Positions 37,149 through 45,594 of a DNA stretch of 64,000 bases are shown piece after piece; positions within the stretch are counted from its first letter, which is position 1; each line of letters begins with the position of its first letter. The DNA is taken from contig JBFMCC010000023.1 in NCBI GenBank assembly GCA_040754535.1, positions 28,570 to 92,569 of the forward strand. Direction: 5' to 3'. The DNA comes from Chloroflexota bacterium. GTDB taxonomy: Bacteria > Chloroflexota > Anaerolineae > Anaerolineales > Villigracilaceae. The notes below the pieces were generated by a model, which was not told where the DNA came from, did not search any database, and was given only the letters and a program-made list of their open reading frames with translations. The position numbers and the translations under genes were made by a program.

Positions 37149-38168
37149 TTACTCCTCGAGCAGGGGCCGGAGGACTACAGCCAGAACCTGTGTAAAAATC
37201 GCTTTGCCCTCGGGCGTCATGTGATGCGGGTCGGAAAAATGCTCCGGGCGGATGTGCGGCGTGTGAGCGATGTCAAGGAACAGGATGCCACGTTCAATCA
37301 GATAGGTCTGCAAATCCCGAATGTAGGTTTCCAATCCGTTCGGCTCGGCGGCAGGATTTGGAAACAGGTTCGTCGGCGCGCGGACGAAGATGAGTCGGAT
37401 GCCTCTCTCCTCCGCGAGGCCGATGATTTCGGGCAGGAAAGAATGTGCGACTTGTTTATCGAAGTCTAGTGCGCTGGAAGAATACAGTTCCTGCTCGGCG
37501 TCGAGAATCATGCTGGACAGGACCTCGGGCGGAATGTCCGAGCGCAGAACGGAGTCGAAGGCCGCGTCAGCGCACGGCGTGTCACAGCCGAGCAGGGACG
37601 GCGGGACGTGCCGCTGAAACGCGCCCAGCGCATCGAGCAGTTCGACGCGGTAACTGTAGGGCGGCAGGAACATGTCCAGGGCGCGTTCGGGCAGGCTCAT
37701 GCGCTGGACGTAGGCAAGTTGGAGAAACAACGTATCTTCGGCCGAGGAATATTTATCCAGCATCCCAAAATAGGGACCATCGGCGCGGAAGGAGGGCGCG
37801 GTGAGGAGCCCATCGCGAAACAGGATGACAACCGTCTGCGGCGGTTCGTCGGCGGGAAGGATGTTATGCTCGAGCAGGAGATACCAGAGCGCCGAGGCCG
37901 AGCCGGGCACGTCCAGCTTGTACGTCGCGAGGCCGACCTGCGCTTGAAAGAGATCCGCGTCCACGTCCTTGGTCAGCATCGAATCGCCCAGCAGGAGAAT
38001 CTGCGGACGGCGCGACTTGATCTCTTGAAGATATTCGCGCGCAATGCGCGGCGTGAGGTGAGGCCCGGGCGCATCGGGGTAGGGTCCCTGAAAGGCAAAT
38101 CGGACCGCAAGGGAGGCGAGGAGAAGTAAGGCAAAAAACGAAACGGCAAAGCGGACGGTCAGGCGCAT
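37149..38168 (-). CDS. SGNH/DltD-like accessory protein, paralog of 33965-34978
   Basis: N-terminal TM, with LGDS, similar length and aligned C-terminal blocks (…LIFVRA…FLD…H…EG…). Confidence 0.55.
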   Translation of the reverse strand: MRLTVRFAVSFFALLLLASLAVRFAFQGPYPDAPGPHLTPRIAREYLQEIKSRRPQILLLGDSMLTKDVDADLFQAQVGLATYKLDVPGSASALWYLLLEHNILPADEPPQTVVILFRDGLLTAPSFRADGPYFGMLDKYSSAEDTLFLQLAYVQRMSLPERALDMFLPPYSYRVELLDALGAFQRHVPPSLLGCDTPCADAAFDSVLRSDIPPEVLSSMILDAEQELYSSSALDFDKQVAHSFLPEIIGLAEERGIRLIFVRAPTNLFPNPAAEPNGLETYIRDLQTYLIERGILFLDIAHTPHIRPEHFSDPHHMTPEGKAIFTQVLAVVLRPLLEE

Positions 38169-38241
38169 AACGGCCTGATTTTACCTGTCTATGCTGATGT
38201 AGAGAATAGCAGGTAATGCAGGCCATCCACCCGCATGGGGA

Positions 38242-41200
38242 TTATTCCCGGCCGAACAATTTCAGGAACGTACTCACAACATTCGGATCGAAGTGTTTTC
38301 CAGCCTGCTCCTGGATGTAGGCGCGCGCCTTCTCGATAGGCCAGGCCGGGCGGTAGGGGCGGTCGGAGCGCAGGGCGTCCCACACGTCCACCACGGCGAA
38401 GATGCGCGCCGCCAGCGGAATCCGCTCTCCCGCCAGGCCGCGCGGGTAGCCCGTGCCGTCCCATTTTTCATGGTGGCAATAAGGGATATCGAGCGCGGGG
38501 CGCAGGTACTCGATGGGCTGGATCATCTCGTATGCGTACTCTGGATGGCGGCGCATGATGACCCATTCCTCTTCCGTCAGCGCGCCGGGTTTGAGCAGGA
38601 CGGCGTCGGGCACGCCCAGTTTTCCAATATCGTGGAGGAGCGCCCCGCGGCGGACCTGGACCCGTTCCTGCGGGTCGAACCCCATCACTTCCGCCAGCCG
38701 CAGGGTCGTCTCCGTGACGCGCTGGGTGTGACCCTCGGTCTCCTTGTCGCGCAAGTCGAGAGCATGCGACCAGCCTTCGATGGTCGCGTCGTACGCCACG
38801 GCCAGTTCGATGTTCGAGCGTTGTAAATCGGCAAACATGTGCGAACTGTCCATGGCGATGGCCGCCTGCCCCGCGAGCATGTTGAAAAAGTCGAACCACT
38901 CCCGGTCCCGCTCGATGACCGAACGGGAAAACACCTCCAGCACGCCGATGACCTTGCCCTTTACCACCAAAGGCGTCCCGTAGTATTGGACGAACCCCTC
39001 CCCTTTCAGGAGGCGGGTGAGGAGTACATTATTCGGATCTTTCGACAGGTCCGGGATTCGCACCATGCGCCGCTCCAGCGCGGCCCGGCCGGCGTAACTC
39101 TCGCCCAGTTTGATGCTGGCAGTCTTCGCCGCGTTGGTCTTGAAACCCAGCCCGGCGGCGTACTCCAGGGTATTCATCCCGGTATTATTCTTGAGGACCG
39201 TGGCGGCATCCACGTTCAGAAGATTGAGCGCCTGGGACAGGAGGATGTTCAAACTGGGCCCGGAGTCGAACGAGGAGGCGATGGCCTGGTCGATCTCCCA
39301 CAGGGCCGTGAGGCGCGCCAGTTGCTGGCGGTTCTTTTCCTCGGCCTGTTTGCGCCGCGCCAGTTCGTCTTGCATGTCCCTGAATAACTCGGCGTTGTGA
39401 ATGGCGATGGCGGCCTGCCCGGCAAGCGTCATCAACATGCGCTCGTCCTCCTCGGAGAACGCGTTCGGCCGGCCGCTTTCGGCGCTGATACAGCCGATGG
39501 TCTCGTCGCGGGTGCGCATCGGAACGTAAAGCCCCGATTTCATCCCCGCGAACGTTTCGACGTATCTCGGATCCTCTTCCAGGTTGTCCACGCGCAGGGG
39601 CTGTCCATGCTGGATCACCCAGCCTGCCAGGCCCTCGCCCACGCGGCTGACCGCCAATTGCAGGCGCGATTCGCCGCTTCCATGCTCACTGGACGGGATG
39701 GAGGATGCGACCAATTCGACCTCGTCGCCCTCTCCGCGTCGGACCCGCACCGCGGCGTGATGCCAGTTCAACCGGCCGGACAGCACCTCGATCACCTTCT
39801 CGCCGATGTCCTGCGGGTCGAAGGTCTGGCTGAAGGCCAGGCCGCTTTGATGGAGCGCCTCCAGTTCCGTCACGCGGCGTTCGAGCATTTCCTCCGCCCG
39901 TTTGCGCTCGGTGACGTCCCACACGGCCGAAATCATCAGCGGCTTGCCGGGAATCGGTGTATTTCTGGCGCTGATGTAACGGGTTTCCTCCCCCCGGCGC
40001 GTGATCGGGACATCTACCCAGACCATTCGTTCTGGATCGCCGCTGGCAGCATCCTCCAATACTCTCTCCTTGATCTCCTCCCTGAACTCCGGTTCCTCGT
40101 AGACCGCCTCCCAAAATGCATCTGGTATGGCAAGTTTTTCCCTGGAGGTCCGGTAGTATTTGGGAAAATTGTCGTTCATGTAATTGAAGGTCACAGTGGG
40201 ATCCACAGAATTGACAGCGATGCCAATGGGGAGGTGATCCAGAACGGCTTTGGTAAACGCTTCGTTTTCCCGCAATGCATCCTCTGCCTGTTTGCGCCCG
40301 GTAATATCGCGTCCATACAGGTTCACATAGCCTGCTTCCAGAACAGGGGCGACGAAAAAGGAGTAGATAATGTCGCCGCAGGCCATGTCAACGGTCATGC
40401 TCTTCCGGCTGGCCAGCGCCTCGGAAACTTTTTGCTGCCAGAACAAGGGCGCGCGTTCGCCCGCGCCACACCCCCAATCCTGCAGGAGCAGGTCGCTTGC
40501 CGGGTTGGCATACAAAATGACGCCGTCCGAATCCAGGCGCAGGATGGGATTGGGATTCTCGCCGGGGAATTTTGCCAGCGACTGGATTTCGGCTTCGGCC
40601 CGCTGGCGCTCCTGCACGGCTTGCATCGAGTCCAGCGCGAAGGAAATGTCCAGTCCCATTTCCTCCAACAGCCGCACCTCGTCCTCATCCTGGAATAAGC
40701 CCACCTGCTGGGAGGCCAGGCTCAGGATTCCGAAGGCCTTACCTCGGAACCGAATCGGTATGGCCGCCGACGAGTGGTAGATGATCCTGCGATTCGGGTC
40801 ACGCAGACTTTGAGGATTTTCTTCGGTCTGAAGGTCTTCGCTGGTAACGACTCTGAGGGTGCGCAGGGCGGCAGCAATTAACCCATCATTGAACGGTCCC
40901 TGATGAATGTTGACCCGCTCGAACGGCCAATCCGTCACATCCAGACCGTTCGCGGCCACCGGCTGAACATCCCCCGTTGTTTCATCCAATAAGCCGACCC
41001 AGGCCAGGGAAAATTCGCCGAATTTTACAGCCACATTGCAAATGGACCGATACAGGTCCTCCTGATCCTTGACGCGCACAATCGTCTGGTTGACCTGGCT
41101 CAGGGTGGCGTACAGTCGCTTCATTCGGAGGACTTGCATCTCTGCCAGCACCCGCTCGGTGACATCGCGGTTGGCGGCGCGCCTTCCCAGGAAGCGCCCA

Positions 41201-42405
41201 TCTATTCCGTGCACAGGCTGGCAGATGTGGTTGATCCAACGGATTTCCCCATTCGGGGTAAGGATGCGGAAATCCATGCCAGTCGGCCCGTCCCTGCCAA
41301 GCTTATCGCTATCGTGCTTCTGGACCATCGGCAGATCATCCGAATAGACAATTTTGTATAGTAGATGTTCGTCTGCCAGAAATTCCTCGGCGCGGCGGCC
41401 CGATATCCTCTCGCAGGATGGGGAAACATAGATCATCCGCCCGTTCGGGTCCGTCCAATATTCCCAATCATAAGTAAAGTCAGCCACGGTGCGGAATTTC
41501 TCTTCGCTCTTTTTGAGTTCTTCCTGAGCGTGCTCGATGGTGTCGCCAGTGTGACGGGCAATCCAACCGGTAAAGGCGACGATCAACACGCCGCTCAGCA
41601 GCGTCAGGAGGGAATGCCATAATGCCGGGTTCACAGGAATCTGATTAATTCTCGAATCCAACCAACCATCGAGGAGGATAAACAGCATAAAGAGCGGCAG
41701 AAAAGCGCGCAGCAGGCGACCGCGCAGGGTAGCGCGGCCCCAAGCCTGAAGCATCGGGGAACGGCGTATTGTCAACCGGACCAGTCCGATGCCTGCCGAT
41801 ACAAAGGCGAGCGCGGTTGGGAAGGCTGTGGGGATGGTCGTTCCGCCATACAATAACGGCGCGCCGTAGGCATAGCCGGTTAGAACGGTGATGTTGATAG
41901 CGATGGCAACAGCGGCGAGAATGACGACGGCGGTGGGTGCGTGAGGCCAGCGGTGTTCAGCCAGTAAAAATATCAGGAGCGCCGCGCTTTCGAGCAGGAA
42001 GGAACCGGCTGTCAGGGGTGACATGCGGCCAAGCGGTATTTGCCCGAAAGATTCGTTCACCCGGAACAGCGCCTGCTCCAGGCCCAGATCGATGCCGGTA
42101 ATGAATTGGGTCAGGATCAGCAATCCCAGCAACAAAACCAGACCTGCGGCGGTCAACGCGGCGAAACGACTCCAGCGCTGATTCGACCAGCGGACGGAAC
42201 AAAATAACGCGCCGCCCAACAGGAGAAACGCCAGCGCGGTGCCGGGCGCCATCGGAATATAGGGACCCCACTGCCCGGCCAGAAATCTCATGCCACTCGA
42301 CCAACCGGCCAGCGTGAACAGCGCAATGGCAATGGTGATGACGGCGAACAGCAGGGATTGCCTCGGGTCCCCTTCAACGGGCTCGGGTATATTCTTGCTC
42401 ATCAT
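38242..42405 (-). CDS. multidomain membrane sensor: N-terminal multi-TM, PAS/GAF repeats, C-terminal HD-GYP c-di-GMP phosphodiesterase
   Basis: ~1390 aa with ~10 N-terminal TM helices, several PAS/GAF-like blocks, and HD...HDIGK...HHEKWDGTGYP at the C-terminus. Confidence 0.8.
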   Translation of the reverse strand: MMSKNIPEPVEGDPRQSLLFAVITIAIALFTLAGWSSGMRFLAGQWGPYIPMAPGTALAFLLLGGALFCSVRWSNQRWSRFAALTAAGLVLLLGLLILTQFITGIDLGLEQALFRVNESFGQIPLGRMSPLTAGSFLLESAALLIFLLAEHRWPHAPTAVVILAAVAIAINITVLTGYAYGAPLLYGGTTIPTAFPTALAFVSAGIGLVRLTIRRSPMLQAWGRATLRGRLLRAFLPLFMLFILLDGWLDSRINQIPVNPALWHSLLTLLSGVLIVAFTGWIARHTGDTIEHAQEELKKSEEKFRTVADFTYDWEYWTDPNGRMIYVSPSCERISGRRAEEFLADEHLLYKIVYSDDLPMVQKHDSDKLGRDGPTGMDFRILTPNGEIRWINHICQPVHGIDGRFLGRRAANRDVTERVLAEMQVLRMKRLYATLSQVNQTIVRVKDQEDLYRSICNVAVKFGEFSLAWVGLLDETTGDVQPVAANGLDVTDWPFERVNIHQGPFNDGLIAAALRTLRVVTSEDLQTEENPQSLRDPNRRIIYHSSAAIPIRFRGKAFGILSLASQQVGLFQDEDEVRLLEEMGLDISFALDSMQAVQERQRAEAEIQSLAKFPGENPNPILRLDSDGVILYANPASDLLLQDWGCGAGERAPLFWQQKVSEALASRKSMTVDMACGDIIYSFFVAPVLEAGYVNLYGRDITGRKQAEDALRENEAFTKAVLDHLPIGIAVNSVDPTVTFNYMNDNFPKYYRTSREKLAIPDAFWEAVYEEPEFREEIKERVLEDAASGDPERMVWVDVPITRRGEETRYISARNTPIPGKPLMISAVWDVTERKRAEEMLERRVTELEALHQSGLAFSQTFDPQDIGEKVIEVLSGRLNWHHAAVRVRRGEGDEVELVASSIPSSEHGSGESRLQLAVSRVGEGLAGWVIQHGQPLRVDNLEEDPRYVETFAGMKSGLYVPMRTRDETIGCISAESGRPNAFSEEDERMLMTLAGQAAIAIHNAELFRDMQDELARRKQAEEKNRQQLARLTALWEIDQAIASSFDSGPSLNILLSQALNLLNVDAATVLKNNTGMNTLEYAAGLGFKTNAAKTASIKLGESYAGRAALERRMVRIPDLSKDPNNVLLTRLLKGEGFVQYYGTPLVVKGKVIGVLEVFSRSVIERDREWFDFFNMLAGQAAIAMDSSHMFADLQRSNIELAVAYDATIEGWSHALDLRDKETEGHTQRVTETTLRLAEVMGFDPQERVQVRRGALLHDIGKLGVPDAVLLKPGALTEEEWVIMRRHPEYAYEMIQPIEYLRPALDIPYCHHEKWDGTGYPRGLAGERIPLAARIFAVVDVWDALRSDRPYRPAWPIEKARAYIQEQAGKHFDPNVVSTFLKLFGRE

Positions 42406-42824
42406 GTCCTCACTCCCAACGGACAAACCGAAACCAGGCCGATAACCGCAAAAATCGTTCCTTGCAGTGATGAGCGGAGGCGCTGGGTGCGCCTAATGTT
42501 CAAGCCGTAATTTGCGGCTGGGATGTTTGGGGCAAGGTTTGTTTTTTTCCGGGTTTCGTGACCAATCAGGCCTCTTGATCCAGCCTGCCCAGCCGCCAGA
42601 AAGAAGAATAGACAAGTACCCCATTCATATCACCAATTCCCCAATTTATCAACTTCCAAAGCTCATACATTTGTCATGATAGGAATTGTTGTATCGTATG
42701 GGTTTCAAGGGGGATGGGCTGCTGAAAACGCGACTTGGCAAAGGCTTTGGGAGTACAATTCCTGAAATCACAGGCTTCGGAAGTCTCGCAGACTCCCGAA
42801 GTCTTCCCCCAAGGAGTCTGTCAC

Positions 42825-44348
42825 ATGACCATCGTCCTCGACGGATCGTCCCTCACCATCGAAAAACTCGTTGCGATTGCACGAGATAACGAGAAAGTGG
42901 AACTTGCCCCGGCCGCGCTGGAGCGCATCCGCGCCTGCCGCGCCGTGCTGGAGGAGAAACTGGCGGCGCACGAGATCATGTACGGCACCAACACCGGCAT
43001 CGGCGAGTTCTCCGAGAAGATGCTGGACGACGAGCAGGTGAAGGAATTCCAGAAATACCTCATCTACAATCACGCCGCGGGCATCGGCGACCCCGCGCCG
43101 GTCGAGCACGTCCGCGCCGCGCTGGCGGGGCGAATCAACGTCCACGCGCGCGGACATTCCGCCTGCCGCCCGGAGATCACGCTGACCTACGTCGAGATGC
43201 TCAACAAGGGCGTGACGCCGGTGGTGTGCACGAAAGGCTCGGTGGGCGCGAGCGGCGACCTGGCTCCGATGGCGCAGGCCGCGCTCCTGCTCATGGGCGA
43301 GGGAGAAGCCTTCTTTAATGGGGAGCGACTCCCGGGGGCCGAGGCGATGCGGCGCGCGGGGATTCCGATTCCAGGCCTGCAAGCGCGCGACGGTCTCGCG
43401 GCGATCAACGGGTCGAACCTGCTGACCGCGATGTCTGCGCTTCACATTTTCGACATGGAACGCTTCCTCAAGCAGGCCGAGATCGCCGCGGCCATGTCCA
43501 TCGAGGCCCTGCTCGGAAATCTCAAACCGTACAACACGAAACTGCACGAACTGCGCGGCTTCCGCGGCGCGATCACGTCCGCGCAAAATATCATGAAGGT
43601 CATCGCGGGCTCGGACCTGACAACCGGCAAGATGAAGACGAAAGTGCAGGACGCCTACTCGATGCGTTCGACGCCGCAGGTGATCGGCGCGGCGCGCGAC
43701 GCGCTGGCCTACGCCCGCTCGCAGGTGGAGATCGAACTGAACGGCGTAGCCGACAACCCGATCTTCCTGCCCGATGAAAAACTGACCCTGACCGGCGCAA
43801 ACTTCCAGGGGTCGCCGGTGGCCCTGCCGATGGACATGGCCGGCGCGGCTATCACGATGGTCTGCGTGCTTTCGGAGCGCCGCCTCAACCGTTTGACCAA
43901 CCCCGCGCTCTCGCAGGGGCTTCCCGATTTCCTCGCGCACGACCCCGGCTTCTACTCCGGCTTCATGCTCTCGCAATACACCGCCGACCATTTGATCGTG
44001 GAACAGAGAATCCTGTCCGCGCCTGCCTCGATCCAGTCCATCCCCGCCGCGGCCGACCAGGAGGACTTCGTCTCGATGGGCATGAACACCGCCCTCAAGA
44101 ACAACCAGATTCTGGATAACGCCTACGGCGTGCTCGGCATCGAATTCATGGCCGCAGCGCAGGCGCTGGATTTCCGCCAGTTCACGCCCGGCAAAGGGAC
44201 ACAGGCCGCGCGCGATGTCATTCGCAAACACGTGGCGCACCTTGAAGAGGATCGTCCGTTGTATCCCGATCACAACACGATGAAGGCGCTGGTCAAATCG
44301 GGGGAGATTCTGGAAGAGGTGGAAATGACAATTGGAAGTATGGGATGA
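42825..44348 (+). CDS. MIO-dependent aromatic amino acid ammonia-lyase family (HAL/PAL/TAL-like)
   Basis: GSVGASGDLAPMA is the MIO-forming Ala-Ser-Gly motif. AAGGAG RBS. Confidence 0.8.
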   Translation: MTIVLDGSSLTIEKLVAIARDNEKVELAPAALERIRACRAVLEEKLAAHEIMYGTNTGIGEFSEKMLDDEQVKEFQKYLIYNHAAGIGDPAPVEHVRAALAGRINVHARGHSACRPEITLTYVEMLNKGVTPVVCTKGSVGASGDLAPMAQAALLLMGEGEAFFNGERLPGAEAMRRAGIPIPGLQARDGLAAINGSNLLTAMSALHIFDMERFLKQAEIAAAMSIEALLGNLKPYNTKLHELRGFRGAITSAQNIMKVIAGSDLTTGKMKTKVQDAYSMRSTPQVIGAARDALAYARSQVEIELNGVADNPIFLPDEKLTLTGANFQGSPVALPMDMAGAAITMVCVLSERRLNRLTNPALSQGLPDFLAHDPGFYSGFMLSQYTADHLIVEQRILSAPASIQSIPAAADQEDFVSMGMNTALKNNQILDNAYGVLGIEFMAAAQALDFRQFTPGKGTQAARDVIRKHVAHLEEDRPLYPDHNTMKALVKSGEILEEVEMTIGSMG

Positions 44349-44356
44349 TCGTTTTT

Positions 44357-44423
44357 CACCACAGAGAGCACAGAGTCCTCGGAGAAAAAGAGAATCTCTG
44401 TGCTCTCTGTGGACTCCGTGGTG
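44357..44423. repeat. palindromic element CACCACAGAGAGCACAGAG...CTCTGTGCTCTCTGTGG(ACTCCGTGGTG)
   Basis: ~67-bp near-perfect inverted repeat right after the ammonia-lyase stop. Related to the elements at 56190-56420. Confidence 0.7.
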
Positions 44424-44442
44424 AAATCATTCAAGGCATGCA

Positions 44443-45495
44443 ATGAAACCATTTTTTCTCCTGGCCGTCGTTTTTCTCCTCGTCTTTGCCTGCGCGCCGA
44501 CCCCGGCCCAGACTCCCCCGGGCCTGCCCCCGTCGTCGACGAATACAGCCGCGCCGAGCGTGATCCCGCCGCCAGCCGATTCCGTGGCCCTGTCGCGCGG
44601 CGTCAACCTCGGCAACATGCTCGAAGCGCCGACCGAAGGCGAGTGGGGCCTGTTCGTGCAGGAGGAATACTTCGACCTCATCCAGGACGCGGGCTTCGAC
44701 TTCGTCCGTCTGCCCGTGCGCTGGAACACGCACGCCGAAGCGGACTGGCCTTACACAATTGACCCTGCCTTCTTCGCGCGAGTTGACGAGGTGGTCAATT
44801 GGGCGCTGGAACGCGACTTAACTATCATCGTTGACTTCCATCACTATGAAGAAATGGCCTGGGATCCGTGGAGTCACAAGGATAGATTTCTGGGAATCTG
44901 GGAACAGGTCGCCGAGCATTACAAGGATTATCCGCCCACTGTTTTATTCGAACTGCTCAACGAGCCAAACGATCAACTCGATGCGGCATTGTGGAACGGA
45001 TATGTAAGCGAAGCACTGGCCATCGTCCGCGAGACCAATCCCACGCGCGAGGTGGTCATCGGCCCGGTGTGGTGGAACGCGTACGACTGGGTCAGCACGC
45101 TGGATGTGCCCGACGACGGGCATATCATCGTCACGTTTCATTACTACCTGCCGTTCGAGTTCACGCACCAGGGCGCGGAGTGGGCGGGAGACGAAGCCGC
45201 GGGGTGGCTCGGCACAACCTGGGGCAGTGAGGCGGACAAGGCCGAATTGGTCAGCCGCTTCGACCTGGTGGCGGCGTGGGCGAAGCGAAAGAATGTGCGG
45301 ATTCTGCTTGGGGAATTCGGCGTATATCACAGGGCGGACATGACCGAGCGTGCCCGCTGGACGGCGTTCGTCCGCGAGCAGGCGGAAGCGCGCGGCTTCG
45401 CATGGGCCTACTGGGAATTCGGTTCGGGCTTCGGCGCGTACGATCCCGAGGCGCGCGAATGGAGGGAAGAATTGTTGAGGGCGTTGATACCGTGA
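44443..45495 (+). CDS. secreted glycoside hydrolase family 5 (cellulase-like)
   Basis: Signal peptide with lipobox-like FAC. NEP catalytic acid (LLNEPND) and nucleophile in GEFG. Confidence 0.8.
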   Translation: MKPFFLLAVVFLLVFACAPTPAQTPPGLPPSSTNTAAPSVIPPPADSVALSRGVNLGNMLEAPTEGEWGLFVQEEYFDLIQDAGFDFVRLPVRWNTHAEADWPYTIDPAFFARVDEVVNWALERDLTIIVDFHHYEEMAWDPWSHKDRFLGIWEQVAEHYKDYPPTVLFELLNEPNDQLDAALWNGYVSEALAIVRETNPTREVVIGPVWWNAYDWVSTLDVPDDGHIIVTFHYYLPFEFTHQGAEWAGDEAAGWLGTTWGSEADKAELVSRFDLVAAWAKRKNVRILLGEFGVYHRADMTERARWTAFVREQAEARGFAWAYWEFGSGFGAYDPEAREWREELLRALIP

Positions 45496-45594
45496 CAGTC
45501 CGAATGGACAGAATCTTAGGAAGAACAATGAACTGGGGTGGACTTGATGGCTCCACCCCAGGTTTGTGCGCGGTAGGCCACATGATATAAAGAT

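Noticed and set aside
42768-44273. 501-aa minus-strand ORF
   Set aside because: Antisense to the MIO ammonia-lyase gene, which has unambiguous motifs.
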